Positions 8,033 through 18,958 of a DNA stretch of 64,000 nt are shown piece by piece. Numbering within the stretch: position 1 is the stretch's first letter; every line of letters begins with the position of its first letter. The translations under genes and the position numbers were made by a program. The stretch is from a virus (lineage: Duplodnaviria > Heunggongvirae > Uroviricota > Caudoviricetes), in IMG/VR virus record IMGVR_UViG_3300031949_000001, positions 91,305-155,304 of that record. One strand, written 5' to 3'. The notes below the pieces were generated by a model. The model was not told the origin of the DNA and did not search any database. It worked only from the letters and a program-made list of their open reading frames with translations.

Positions 8033-10278
8033 TAGTTGGTTACCTCCACCGTCCTAACGAATGCTGTCCATCTGATTGTTTTACCTATTTCACCAGTAAC
8101 TTGAACCCGTAGCGCTCCGTTTGTTGTGTCCGCATCGACTAGAACAGTCCATACCCCGCCGCTATCATCAGCTAGTGGGATAGAAAGAATACCACCAACC
8201 AATGCTGTTGTTGCAACGCCCACTTGTCTGTCAATAGAACCTTCAAAGTTGGTTGCGAAACTTTCATCAGTTGCGTCTGTACGTCGAGCGACAACTTTAA
8301 TTTCAAAGTTCCATGTACTATTATCAGCAAGTTTCATACGACGAGAAAAGCCGTTTGTTCCGTCGATGAATAATTCTGTAATCGTGTTATTGGTCGTTAG
8401 ATTTTGTATTAGATACTGACAAGTACGTGAATCATCATCCATAGCAAAGTTATAGCCTTGATGTTGAATGTAACCACCAAACGCTGCGACTTTAAGAGTA
8501 CCATCTTGACCAGTTGCGGATGACACACCAATTCTAACTTGAATAGTCGAGCCATTACCAGTACCTGTACCAGAACCACCAGTGACCGTGATTGGTCCAC
8601 CGTTTGCATTTACACCAAGACCATTTCCCGAAGTAAGTGTTAGTTGACCCCCAGTATTTCCGTTAATGCTATTACCTGAAGTAATATCAATGTTACCACC
8701 ATTACCACTGATTGTAGCACTACCACCATTAAATGAGAGATTACCACCAATAGTACCACCATTACCAGCGTTCAAAAATATAGTACCACCTTGAGACGGT
8801 GCAGCGGCTCCCGTAATAATGACTCCACCAGCGTTTCCTAGAGCAGAAGTACCTGATGTAATGAATACAAACCCACCGTTGTTGAAGACGCCTGCGTCAC
8901 CGGCTATAATGTTGATATCACCGCCATTGTTAGAACCACCAGTTGAACCACCGAATATGTTGAGTATTCCAGGAGTTCCAGTCACAGAATCACCAGCGTT
9001 GATGTCTATGTTACCACCTGTACCAGCAACAGTATCGTCACCGGCTGAAATGGTTAGATTAGCGCCTATTCCTGCGCCATCTGGTGCCTTGATAGTTGCT
9101 GGTGTTGCGGTTGAACCCAATGTCATCACATTGGTTAATGGTACCCACATGAAATCTGGATCGGATGAAATACTACCACCGGTTCCGTAGACGACTTGAT
9201 TTAATGGTTGCGCAGGCACACCCCCGCCCCCCGTTACGTCAACAAATGTTGCGCTATTGTCGTAAACTTTAAGAGTGTTTGAAAAACTATCGAACCACAA
9301 TTGACCCATAGTAGGATTTGATGGTGCTACGTTGAAATAGAAATTCTCCAACATATGAACTAAATCTTCAATGATGTTGAAACCGTAGTTGACCGCGCCC
9401 CGTCCTGGTAATGTTAAGGACGTATTTCCAGCCAGAGTGTATGTGATATCACCATCTGGAAACGCTGCTGTAGTTGGCACCGCTACTGTTGGAAGTATTA
9501 CAGTCAAATTCGTTACAATAGAACCAGTAACAAGAGTGAATGTGATGTTTCCAATTGCACCTTGATTCGCAGGAACTGGTGTCGTTACTGTGATTATGGT
9601 TTGATTCTGAATTAGGTTATACGTCGAAGATGAAACAATATATCCACCATTGTTGGATGGTGTGCCGGTAACGTTAAAGGCGAAGGCAGGAGTGAAATAC
9701 GCTGTCTGGTTGCCGGTAACAGTAAATGTGTCGGTTGGGTTTGCAACTGCCGAAACAATTGGGGTTGAAGCCAAACCGGAGTCATCTGGATCGGCTGGAA
9801 GACCACCACGATATCCGGAAGGAACGGTAGTTGAAATCGTAATCTCTGTGTTACCAGCAACGAACGCCGAAGATGCTACAATCCAATAGCCATTATTCGA
9901 AATTGGCGTTTGTGAGTTAACTACCTTAAAAATTCGTCCTGGTGTGAAAATGGCTGTGTAGTCAACACCGTTTAGAACAAACTTTTTTTGAATATTGCTG
10001 ATTGTGTTGATTGCTGTCGTACCTTGGAACACAGATGTCGATACGATATACGCGCCGTCGTTTGGTGGAGCTACCAGCGAATTAATTACACTGAAGGCAA
10101 AGCCAGGAATAAATCTAGGCGTAAAATCACCACTGACCGCAAAATTGCCACCCACACCGCTATTTGCGGTGACGATAGGAACAGTGTTAAGACTGCCTGG
10201 ACCTTCAGTCTCAAGAGAATTGATGACGAAGGTGCCTTTGGCTGGGTCGGTAAATGAAATTGTATATTGTCCTGACAT
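8032..10278 (-). CDS. tail fibre-like protein
   Basis: YxIxFTD N-terminus, TSLTLPGRG...YG...LENF...P..GQLWFD module, Gly-rich repeats, shared C-terminal module. Confidence 0.75.
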   Translation of the reverse strand: MSGQYTISFTDPAKGTFVINSLETEGPGSLNTVPIVTANSGVGGNFAVSGDFTPRFIPGFAFSVINSLVAPPNDGAYIVSTSVFQGTTAINTISNIQKKFVLNGVDYTAIFTPGRIFKVVNSQTPISNNGYWIVASSAFVAGNTEITISTTVPSGYRGGLPADPDDSGLASTPIVSAVANPTDTFTVTGNQTAYFTPAFAFNVTGTPSNNGGYIVSSSTYNLIQNQTIITVTTPVPANQGAIGNITFTLVTGSIVTNLTVILPTVAVPTTAAFPDGDITYTLAGNTSLTLPGRGAVNYGFNIIEDLVHMLENFYFNVAPSNPTMGQLWFDSFSNTLKVYDNSATFVDVTGGGGVPAQPLNQVVYGTGGSISSDPDFMWVPLTNVMTLGSTATPATIKAPDGAGIGANLTISAGDDTVAGTGGNIDINAGDSVTGTPGILNIFGGSTGGSNNGGDINIIAGDAGVFNNGGFVFITSGTSALGNAGGVIITGAAAPSQGGTIFLNAGNGGTIGGNLSFNGGSATISGNGGNIDITSGNSINGNTGGQLTLTSGNGLGVNANGGPITVTGGSGTGTGNGSTIQVRIGVSSATGQDGTLKVAAFGGYIQHQGYNFAMDDDSRTCQYLIQNLTTNNTITELFIDGTNGFSRRMKLADNSTWNFEIKVVARRTDATDESFATNFEGSIDRQVGVATTALVGGILSIPLADDSGGVWTVLVDADTTNGALRVQVTGEIGKTIRWTAFVRTVEVTN

Positions 10279-10287
10279 GTTATATCC

Positions 10288-13200
10288 TTAGGTTTTAAAC
10301 ACTAAAAATTCGATTCGTGCGCTGAGCGCAGGCGTATAAGTAAACGTGATTGAACTTTGAATCGAACCATATGTGCCATCTTCCGTAAAGTCGTCGTCCA
10401 AAAATTGCTTGATACCGTTAACGAATATCCATACTCTATTTAGACCCTTGGTGTATTCCAATCCTGGTTGTGATAAAGTAAATCTGAAGTCATCAAATAC
10501 AACGTTGTTTAATGAAGCGAATAATGGGTTGGCTCCGCTATCGGCAATCACGATTGTCGAATTCGAACCACCTCCAGCAAACGTGCTTGAAATTCTAATT
10601 CTACCGTTTACAAGTTCTGCTTCCGCAGGCGAAATATCGGCGTTAAGTTGGGTAACCAAGGTCGTGAATGTTTGTGCTGTTGAACCTATAATGGAAACTG
10701 GTGTTGTCACGCCATCAACGAACACTGTTGCTGTGTAAACTGTCGCATCATTGGCGAGTCCTGTTGTGTCCGCGCCAGCAATATCAATTTCGTCGCCTAG
10801 TAACGAAAAGGAAACTTCTTGGAAACCAAAACCAGCATCAAATCCAGCAATGGTAAGACTGTGTCCAAGCACGTATTGCACGGTAACACCATCTGCGGAA
10901 ATTACATCACGAGCAATAAGCGTATCCGTCCAGAATTTTGTTACGATATCGAAGTCATTGACTGGTTGAAATTCGTATGAAATGCTACCATCAGGTATAC
11001 CCGGAGTCGTAGAAAAAGGAATTGTTTCAACGACCGTAATGGTTGTTACCTTGGAACTATCATTGAATGAAGAAGACAAGATAGTATACGTTCCATTGTT
11101 GCCAATAAAGGAATCATTTATGTCAAAAGTTACACCAGGAGTTAGGCTAGTCGTGAAATCACCACCACCAATTGTAAATTCACTCGTTCCTGAATCTGCG
11201 GTAATGATAGGAACGTTGACCAATAATTGTGCTGACCCGGATACTGTAGGTCCAGATAGGTTGCTGACTGGTGTTACTGGTGTTGAACGTGGATTGACCG
11301 TAAATGAAGCCAGAACTTCTGTTGGACGATTTGTGACATTGATCGTATCAAATCCAGTTAAAGCAGTTGTTAAACTTATAGTTGGATAGCCACTAGGGAG
11401 TGTCCCACCAAAGCCTGGAACTGCGGCTGAGATGGTTGTGAAGTTCGTTAGCTGATTAAAAATGTTTCGTATGGTTGTCGTGCTGGTAAAACCAACGAAA
11501 CCCGTCAACGAAGAGAATAACGGATTTACGCCTGTGTCAACAATCAAGAGAGAAGACGTAAGACCAGTAGTTGCGCTCGTGATTGTGATGTTTCCACTTA
11601 TGAGTGCGGCTGTACCGTTTACAGTAATGGCTGCGTTGATCGTTCCGAGAAGATCATTGTATGTTTGATTCAAGCTACCAGTTGCGGAAATTGGATATCC
11701 AACACCATCAATTGTTACGGTAGCTGTATAGACGGTTGCATCGTTGGTTAGACCGGTAAGATCGGTTCCTATATGAGTACCGCCCGTATTAACCACATCA
11801 AATGCTGCGTCCAGGATCGCTATTGTCGATGAAGAACCTGTTGACTTACTTTGAATTGTCAACCAAGTGTCGTTATCTACCAATTGCGCCACCGCAAAAC
11901 CACCAAGTTGACCATTTAGGTCAGTGATTAATCCCAATCCTAATATGCTGAAATATTGATAGGTGAGTGTTGGGAAAACAGTGATGTATATTGGAGTACC
12001 ACCATCAACTGTTATGATCGTTGTGTATGCGTCCGGGTTAGTCAAGCCCGTCAAGTTTGTGTTCAATTGAGAAAGTGAGAAGTTGACTCGCTGATAACCT
12101 CCTGTTCCGAACAACCTATAGTACAAGTCTAGGTCGCTATTAGGTAGAATGAGGTATTGATCATCATCTGTTGAATGTAAATGTCCCATGTTTAAAATGA
12201 ACGGAACACCAGCGTTTGGACCAGTTTGTGTCAGATCTAAAGTTGATGTTGACGCCAAACCACCAGAAAATGTAAAGCTAGAAACATATGTGTCAGCACC
12301 AGGACCAGATACGGAATCTACATAAAACTTTGTCGCCGCATCTTGAGCAAGGGTAGGATCAGCCATATTTTTAATTTGGTTGAGACCCATGTTGATCGTA
12401 GCACCAACAAAGTTTACAATACCAGTTATTGTACCACCTGTTAGTTGCAAGTAACGACTATCACCTGTAGCCATGTTTAGCGCATCGGTTGCTACCGTTG
12501 CATTACCAAGGTTTGTAATCTTGTTACCAGTCATGTTCAGGATACCTGACATCGTATCACCAGCCTTCAGAACATGGAGAGCATCTTGACTATCAACATA
12601 AGTTTTTGTTGTGGCATCTGTGTTAAGTGTTGGAGTTCCAAGATTGATAATCTTGTTGAGACCCATATCAATTTGTCCAGTGCCGGTGAATTGAATGCCA
12701 GCGGTGCCACTGAAGACCAACAAGCCTGACATCGTGTCTCCAGCCTTCAGAACATGGAGAGCGTCTTGTGCATCGACATAGTTCTTGTTGGTGGCATCTG
12801 TACCAAGAGTTGGTGAGCCGAGATTGATAATCTTGAAGCCACCCATGTCTAGATCGCCAACTGGGGCACCGCTGAGTGAAATGGTATTCCAAATGGAGGC
12901 TTGAATATTTCCACCAGCCCCCTGGACCGCAGGTACGGATAGAACTGTGATGGTTGTGAATGCGGTGAATACTGCGGAGATAACGTTGTATATTCCATCG
13001 TTCGCTACGGTACCAGTGACAACGAACGTGTTTCCTATCGGGAACGAAGCCACTTGGTTACCAGCAACAACGAATGTGTTGGTTGAATTACTTGCTGATA
13101 GAATGGGGAAATCTCTCGGAGAAAAAACGTACAAACCAGCTATTGTCGGATCAGTCGGATTTGATGGATCGAGAAAGCTTGCATTTTTGAACCAAATTTG

Positions 13201-13458
13201 ACCTTGAATCGGAAAAGCTGGACGAACATTGTTGGCAAAATGTTCGATCATGTTGACAAGGTTTTGATCTGTACGAGAGCCGTAATTTGGGTGTCCGCGT
13301 CCATAAAGCAATAAACTGGTATGACTTGCAGAGGCATCAATGTCCAAAGTAGGCGTAGAAGGCGCTACTGGTCCGTCCGTCCTAAAAGCCGGTAAAATAA
13401 AAGCTAGTTTAGTCGGGTCAGTAAAATTAATTGTGTAGTTTGGATTTGGCAACGGCAT
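10288..13458 (-). CDS. long tail fibre-like protein (1056 aa)
   Basis: Same N-terminal module; DATxKxYVD / GDTMSG fibre repeats; three TGLxNxxxxYT repeats; GATAAATA at 13498-13505. Confidence 0.75.
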   Translation of the reverse strand: MPLPNPNYTINFTDPTKLAFILPAFRTDGPVAPSTPTLDIDASASHTSLLLYGRGHPNYGSRTDQNLVNMIEHFANNVRPAFPIQGQIWFKNASFLDPSNPTDPTIAGLYVFSPRDFPILSASNSTNTFVVAGNQVASFPIGNTFVVTGTVANDGIYNVISAVFTAFTTITVLSVPAVQGAGGNIQASIWNTISLSGAPVGDLDMGGFKIINLGSPTLGTDATNKNYVDAQDALHVLKAGDTMSGLLVFSGTAGIQFTGTGQIDMGLNKIINLGTPTLNTDATTKTYVDSQDALHVLKAGDTMSGILNMTGNKITNLGNATVATDALNMATGDSRYLQLTGGTITGIVNFVGATINMGLNQIKNMADPTLAQDAATKFYVDSVSGPGADTYVSSFTFSGGLASTSTLDLTQTGPNAGVPFILNMGHLHSTDDDQYLILPNSDLDLYYRLFGTGGYQRVNFSLSQLNTNLTGLTNPDAYTTIITVDGGTPIYITVFPTLTYQYFSILGLGLITDLNGQLGGFAVAQLVDNDTWLTIQSKSTGSSSTIAILDAAFDVVNTGGTHIGTDLTGLTNDATVYTATVTIDGVGYPISATGSLNQTYNDLLGTINAAITVNGTAALISGNITITSATTGLTSSLLIVDTGVNPLFSSLTGFVGFTSTTTIRNIFNQLTNFTTISAAVPGFGGTLPSGYPTISLTTALTGFDTINVTNRPTEVLASFTVNPRSTPVTPVSNLSGPTVSGSAQLLVNVPIITADSGTSEFTIGGGDFTTSLTPGVTFDINDSFIGNNGTYTILSSSFNDSSKVTTITVVETIPFSTTPGIPDGSISYEFQPVNDFDIVTKFWTDTLIARDVISADGVTVQYVLGHSLTIAGFDAGFGFQEVSFSLLGDEIDIAGADTTGLANDATVYTATVFVDGVTTPVSIIGSTAQTFTTLVTQLNADISPAEAELVNGRIRISSTFAGGGSNSTIVIADSGANPLFASLNNVVFDDFRFTLSQPGLEYTKGLNRVWIFVNGIKQFLDDDFTEDGTYGSIQSSITFTYTPALSARIEFLVFKT
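12545..12852. repeat. imperfect tandem coding repeat, 180-bp period
   Basis: CCAGCCTTCAGAACATGGAGAGC and AGATTGATAATCTTG each recur 180 bp apart. Confidence 0.8.
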
Positions 13459-13476
13459 TTAATCGTTCCTGCATGA

Positions 13477-13502
13477 AAATAACTCTGTGGATAGAGTTAT
13501 TT
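13477..13502 (-). terminator. hairpin after the radical SAM operon, overlapping a late promoter
   Basis: AAATAACTCT-6 nt-AGAGTTATTT 10-bp inverted repeat. Confidence 0.4.
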
Positions 13503-13521
13503 ATCATTTACCGAGATTTAC

Positions 13522-14907
13522 TCAGGCAGCAACAATAGGGATGAAACGGCTTTTTTTCTTCGGAATTACCAGATCCAATTCAGGAAATTTTGGGTAGGTT
13601 GGCTCGTGTGGACTCTTGATGCCACGTTCTAGCATCTCAATTTCGCTATTAAATAGTAGTTTAAAGGCTGTCTGTTGAATCTGCGAATAATGAACATACT
13701 CAACCGCATGGTTGGTATAGAAGACAGCCGATCCTAGATCTAGAGGACAGCTACTCTTGCACAATCTATAGACCGGACAGGTGCCGCAAAAGTCTTCTCT
13801 ATCCAGATTGATACCAACCAATTTGACGTTTTTGAGATCATTTATATGTCCACTAACATAATGATCGTCGGTATTTTGGCATGTACGAATATTTCCATTG
13901 ATGTCCATGGAAATCAAATCACTATCATCAACACCACAACTGGTCTTCAAAAGCGGAATTCTCTGTTGTTTTAACAGCTTTGTGTATGGTATAACGCCCA
14001 TTCCGGTATGGAAAAGACTGTTTGCCAGCAACTCACCATGCTTTACCGCTCCGATTTGCTTGAATTGAGCCAGATGGGCATCCAAATACGCCTTGAGAAT
14101 TACTTTATATTTCTCCAAATGTTCACCGCTAATGACGTGATGAGTTGAATTCTTAGCCATAGTTTCGTCGTAAACACGCCCAACTTCGTAGCTGATGGTA
14201 GTTTGCTTCAAACCATTCTTTTGAAAAAACTCATGGAAGAAATCATTTATTTTAAATAAATCATAATTTGTCTTGCTGATGACCGGATTGAAACTGAACT
14301 GTAGTTTAGGAAAACATTCATCCTGGATGCGTCTGAATACGTCAATCTTCTTGTGGATGAATTCCTTGCCTCGGGTTGATTCATGCGCGGGACCATCGTG
14401 GCTGATACCAAAGGCTGTTTTACCCTTCAACTGCATCAGGAAATCGATATGCTTTTGCATCAGTGGAGTGCCGTTGGTGGGTATGTACCACGTTAAACCC
14501 TCTCTATCAAATGCTTCCATGATTGGCATCATGTCTTTCCAATAGAGAAGCGTTTCACCACCCCAAAGTTCGATACGTTCTATCTTAGATAAATCGAAAT
14601 TTCCCCTCATATTTTTGATTAGAGCGGGCGTTAAACCGTTTGGTGGGCGCTCATTGGGGTTTCCAATGTCTTTTTGCATACAATAGCCGCAGCTATAGTT
14701 ACATCCATGACCAAGGGTGATCTTAATTAGATGAGGATGATTGCTTTTTACGTTGGTGCGGAACTGACTATAGAGGTCTTCATAGTCGTCAGGAACCACA
14801 ATAGGAGAACTCAATGCTCGAAAGTCAGGATCGAGCAAGCCATTTGTCTCGTTATCATAGTAAAAATGTTCGCCCGTTCGGACGATTCTATACTTTGATA
14901 GGCTCAT
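13522..14907 (-). CDS. radical SAM/SPASM enzyme
   Basis: CNYSCGYC (CxxxCxxC), LWGGET, TNG, SHDG; C-terminal CGTCPVYRLCKSSC (Cx2Cx5Cx3C). Confidence 0.9.
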   Translation of the reverse strand: MSLSKYRIVRTGEHFYYDNETNGLLDPDFRALSSPIVVPDDYEDLYSQFRTNVKSNHPHLIKITLGHGCNYSCGYCMQKDIGNPNERPPNGLTPALIKNMRGNFDLSKIERIELWGGETLLYWKDMMPIMEAFDREGLTWYIPTNGTPLMQKHIDFLMQLKGKTAFGISHDGPAHESTRGKEFIHKKIDVFRRIQDECFPKLQFSFNPVISKTNYDLFKINDFFHEFFQKNGLKQTTISYEVGRVYDETMAKNSTHHVISGEHLEKYKVILKAYLDAHLAQFKQIGAVKHGELLANSLFHTGMGVIPYTKLLKQQRIPLLKTSCGVDDSDLISMDINGNIRTCQNTDDHYVSGHINDLKNVKLVGINLDREDFCGTCPVYRLCKSSCPLDLGSAVFYTNHAVEYVHYSQIQQTAFKLLFNSEIEMLERGIKSPHEPTYPKFPELDLVIPKKKSRFIPIVAA

Positions 14908-16090
14908 TGGTTCCTTTGAAGTTCTTGATTGGTATGTGTTTTAGTTTAATTTTCGGCTTTGTTGTGACTGAAACGATGGGAATCACAGTCCCGTTAAATT
15001 TTTGAGGTACTAGAAGTCCCAATTTATTCTCTACCGCATGTTTTTGGGCTAGCTTTTGGAACATTCGACTATATGGTTTGAGCATGAATTTCGGAATGAA
15101 ATTGTAATCGGGATGAATATTCACACTCGTGGTAATATAATTGTAATAATCCAGGTATTTATTTCCGCATGATCCAGCCATTCTCTCTACATTTTCACCA
15201 TACCAGTTGAGCTTTGCTTGGAGCATGAGTGGAATGAAGGTGATTGGATCAAACGGTTGATCTTCGATTGAAGCAAATGGTCTACCAGATTCTTCGATTG
15301 ACTCAACCAAAGTCAAGAAAAAATGGTCATATTGCATGTGCATGGCTTCACAGAGGATCAAAAACAAGAAACCACCTTGGCTGTACATCGTGGTGATTTG
15401 ATGATCTGCATTTTTAAGATCGTAGCGAATGTTCTTACTTTGAAGAATATCGTCATGTATGTCGGTATAAATGTCATTCTCTTTAGCCCAATCGATAGCT
15501 TTCGCTGTGTTAGGCTCAGCATCTCCTTGTCGTTGGCTGATGATGAACTTGATTTTTTGTATCGGTTGTTTAACGTGTACATCAGTCAATCGCGCTATAA
15601 TATCATCTACGAACCGTCCGTCCTTTCTGTTCAAGAATATATCACTGAGAGTGACTTCATACGTCTTAGAAAAGCTCATCTCTTTCATCAAAATTTCGTG
15701 TTGCTGGATCAATGCTGTATCCGTCATTGAAGAACTGTACATTCGGTGGCTGTTTCTCTTATAGAAATCGAAGATATGTGGATAGTTCTTTTTTATAAAA
15801 AATAAATCATCGAGAGATGCAGCTATATCAAAGTGATCCCATGTTTCGACTATTTTTTCTTCCATGATGGTTGGAATGTTAAGCGGAACGTATGCTCCAA
15901 AACTTTCATCCGGCATCCAATTTTTTTGAACATAACATAGTTTACATCCTGCCTTGCACATATATCGTTTGAAGATTGAGAACGACACTTGTGTATCGAG
16001 GTTGCACAGCGCATCGTTCTTCAAGAAGAACTCCTTGAAATTGCCTGTATCTTCGAAATTAGGGGCTGCCGCCCATGTAGGTTGCATCAT
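14888..16090 (-). CDS. divergent radical SAM-like protein without SPASM
   Basis: CKAGCKLCY (CxxxCxxC) near the N-terminus; no GGEP and no C-terminal Cys cluster. Confidence 0.65.
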   Translation of the reverse strand: MMQPTWAAAPNFEDTGNFKEFFLKNDALCNLDTQVSFSIFKRYMCKAGCKLCYVQKNWMPDESFGAYVPLNIPTIMEEKIVETWDHFDIAASLDDLFFIKKNYPHIFDFYKRNSHRMYSSSMTDTALIQQHEILMKEMSFSKTYEVTLSDIFLNRKDGRFVDDIIARLTDVHVKQPIQKIKFIISQRQGDAEPNTAKAIDWAKENDIYTDIHDDILQSKNIRYDLKNADHQITTMYSQGGFLFLILCEAMHMQYDHFFLTLVESIEESGRPFASIEDQPFDPITFIPLMLQAKLNWYGENVERMAGSCGNKYLDYYNYITTSVNIHPDYNFIPKFMLKPYSRMFQKLAQKHAVENKLGLLVPQKFNGTVIPIVSVTTKPKIKLKHIPIKNFKGTNEPIKV

Positions 16091-17196
16091 ATGCCGATCC
16101 AGTGTAATAAGGTTGGCTTTTCCTTGAGTTTTTGAGCGTGAAGAATGAGAATGTCAACCATTTTATAGAACTCAACGCATGAGTCTCCAGGTACTTGATC
16201 CCACATGTGGTATAGAAATTTGATACCACAGCTATTTCTCGAAGGACAAATCTTACATTTGTCGTGAATGAGTTGTTCTTCGCGCGCCGCCTCGTCTCTA
16301 TATACTTTTATCACAGGAGCACCACCCTCGTCAAATTCTCTTCGCCATTCACCGATAACAGTCTCGTGCTGTTGATACTCTAAAAAGTCATACTCTGGAT
16401 AGATGAATCCATCGGGAGACAGCACGAGTTGCTTATGATTGTCGTAGTAGTGCTTGTCTATACCATCACCGTGACCATCGACATTGACATCAATGCCTTG
16501 GATGTAGAGCATTTGGATGAATTTTAGGAAAGCGTGAAAGAACTGTTTCAAATCAGGAATCTCGTCAATCATTGATTTGAACTTTGTTTTACCACGTAAA
16601 TGACGCAGAGGAATTAAATCGACCTTACGAACGTTATGCTTGTTGCAAATATCTGTTATTGCTTTTAGATTTCGAAGGCTAAACGCCTCTTTGTGTTGAA
16701 CTGGAAGAACGTATTGAAGCTGGGTATTGCTTGTTTTGTGCTTTGTCAGGACCGCAAGGGCATCATGGATGTTGAAGTCTGTACGATTGATTGGTTGAAA
16801 GATAAAATCGTAGCTGATACTGATGTTCAAACGACTATTCCACTTCTCAAAGAACCATTCGTTTTTAGCTATACGGCTACCGTTGGTCTGAATGAATATT
16901 GGAAAGGTCTGTCCTGGAAATTCCAGTGTGATGGCGTCCATGATTTTATCGATCAATTTGATCCAAATCAATGGTTCTCCTCCATGAAAACTCAGCATCG
17001 GCACTGGAAATTGCCCATCCGTGCTCATTTGTTTCAGGAAATAGATGATGTGCGGAATGTCCGTTTCTTCTAGTTGCTGATTACCGATATCATTTTTGAT
17101 GAAATCTCGATCACAATATGTGCAATTGAAATTACAGGCATTGCCTAGATATATGCTAACATCGTTGCATCCTGGCAGCTTTGATATGTGTTCCAT
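16087..17196 (-). CDS. radical SAM enzyme with partial SPASM
   Basis: CNFNCTYC, FHGGEPL, QTNG; C-terminal CKICPSRNSC...C. Confidence 0.9.
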   Translation of the reverse strand: MEHISKLPGCNDVSIYLGNACNFNCTYCDRDFIKNDIGNQQLEETDIPHIIYFLKQMSTDGQFPVPMLSFHGGEPLIWIKLIDKIMDAITLEFPGQTFPIFIQTNGSRIAKNEWFFEKWNSRLNISISYDFIFQPINRTDFNIHDALAVLTKHKTSNTQLQYVLPVQHKEAFSLRNLKAITDICNKHNVRKVDLIPLRHLRGKTKFKSMIDEIPDLKQFFHAFLKFIQMLYIQGIDVNVDGHGDGIDKHYYDNHKQLVLSPDGFIYPEYDFLEYQQHETVIGEWRREFDEGGAPVIKVYRDEAAREEQLIHDKCKICPSRNSCGIKFLYHMWDQVPGDSCVEFYKMVDILILHAQKLKEKPTLLHWIGI

Positions 17197-17199
17197 GTG

Positions 17200-18948
17200 T
17201 TATAGTTTGACGATCTTCTTCCCGTGCAACTTGTCGTCAAGTTTCTCTCCTTTGTTGTTCAAGACAAGCATGTGTAGAAGAGCTAAGTAGAATACTTTTT
17301 TGTCAAGGGATAGCTCTGTAATTTGTTGGCTTGTTCTAACAGGAGTACCGTGAAGTTCACATAATTTTTCGTAGAATTCTTTGATGGTGAGTGGCGTCGC
17401 GTTACTCTCATTAATTTCACTTAGATAGTCACAAGCGCATGTAAGAGCCTTCTGATAACGATAGGTTTTGCCGCGCTCTTTTGCGAGTTCGTAAAATCGT
17501 CCCAAGATCAATTTGTAATCCGGGAGTTTATCGATGAATATGTCAACTTCACCGACTGGAATATGGAAACCTGTAATGTGTTTGTACATCAGATGGGAAA
17601 TAGCTTTGGCAAAGATAGGTTGTTCGCCCTTTTCGGCGACCGCTTCTACAAGATCTCTATGCTTCTTTTGGAATCCTTTTTTGACTAGATCGTTTTGAAG
17701 ATCCAAGAACAATTGTACAACCTTTTGACACATGTCATCTGGTCTAAACATACGACCAGAAGCGTCCATATTACCGGCTGGACACTGATAACAGAAGTTC
17801 TGAAGGTCACAAGTTTTGCATTGTTCTTCTACGATGAACATTTCTTTATATGCTTTTTGAAAGTGATCATAACGATCAATGTAAAGTTTGTCTTCGAAAA
17901 TGTTCCCAAGGATGGTATCTGCTGCTTTTTCCTTTTGATTAGTGAAGAAATAGCAACCAGAAAAGTCACCGGAGCCGTCAATTGCGATCATATCCGATCC
18001 AACCATACAGTTGTTCTCTTCCTTTACACCCACACCTTCTGCGAATTGAATCTCAAAGTCGTAGAAATTGTCAAGAATGTAAAGAATGTCGTGATGAAGT
18101 TTCTTCCATTCAGCTTCTGACCAATGAATGTAACCGTCACGCGAACTCATGGTCAATGGATGGACGACCATCGTACGGAGTCCTTTATCGAAAAGCTTGG
18201 ATACAAATTCGATTAGATATGGTGCATTCTCACGGGATAGCGTGCATCGAACACCAACCATATGATTATCTTTGAACGATTGCGGAATCAAGCCGATCAT
18301 GTCAATAATGTGGTCGATTCTATCTTGACCAATTTCGCGATGATCGACCTCTTCACGCATCGTATCTAGACTGATTGTCATGTTTACGAATTCGTAGTTG
18401 AAAAACTCTTCGATGAAATCTGGAGTCAATAAAAGACCGTTGGTAATCATACCGACGTGCTGACGATTCATGTTACCAATCAAGTAGTCTTTATACTTCT
18501 TCAAGAATCCGATTATGAGGTCTTTATGGATCAGAGGTTCACCACCGAAGAACTGGAATTTCTTTCCAGAATTTTCATTGATGTTCAATAGAAAATCGTA
18601 GGCTTTCAGAATAGATTCTTCTGTGAATCGACCATAGTCTTTTTTATGTTGTTCATAGCAATACGAGCATGATAGGTTGCAAGCGTTCGTTAAAATAGCG
18701 TTCATGTGTTGCAAGTCGGCAAACATGGTTGCGCGCATCTCTGTGATTGTGATGATCTTTTCGGTTGGCTTTGGAACTACGGAAATGAGACTGTTTTTCT
18801 TTTGAAAACCTTTTGGGGTTGTGATCATTTCGACAGAAATTTTTAACTGACCGTCACCCGTAGCAGATGCTGCGTGATCTTGAATACGTTCAAGCTGGGC
18901 GCTGTTAAGCTTTCGATATATCGATATCGGTTGTGCAACGGCATTCAT
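17200..18948 (-). CDS. radical SAM/SPASM peptide-maturase-like enzyme with helical C-terminal extension
   Basis: CNLSCSYC, FFGGEPL, ITNG; CMVG...GC...CKTCDLQNFCYQCPAG...C. Confidence 0.9.
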   Translation of the reverse strand: MNAVAQPISIYRKLNSAQLERIQDHAASATGDGQLKISVEMITTPKGFQKKNSLISVVPKPTEKIITITEMRATMFADLQHMNAILTNACNLSCSYCYEQHKKDYGRFTEESILKAYDFLLNINENSGKKFQFFGGEPLIHKDLIIGFLKKYKDYLIGNMNRQHVGMITNGLLLTPDFIEEFFNYEFVNMTISLDTMREEVDHREIGQDRIDHIIDMIGLIPQSFKDNHMVGVRCTLSRENAPYLIEFVSKLFDKGLRTMVVHPLTMSSRDGYIHWSEAEWKKLHHDILYILDNFYDFEIQFAEGVGVKEENNCMVGSDMIAIDGSGDFSGCYFFTNQKEKAADTILGNIFEDKLYIDRYDHFQKAYKEMFIVEEQCKTCDLQNFCYQCPAGNMDASGRMFRPDDMCQKVVQLFLDLQNDLVKKGFQKKHRDLVEAVAEKGEQPIFAKAISHLMYKHITGFHIPVGEVDIFIDKLPDYKLILGRFYELAKERGKTYRYQKALTCACDYLSEINESNATPLTIKEFYEKLCELHGTPVRTSQQITELSLDKKVFYLALLHMLVLNNKGEKLDDKLHGKKIVKL

Positions 18949-18958
18949 GTGTTGCCCT

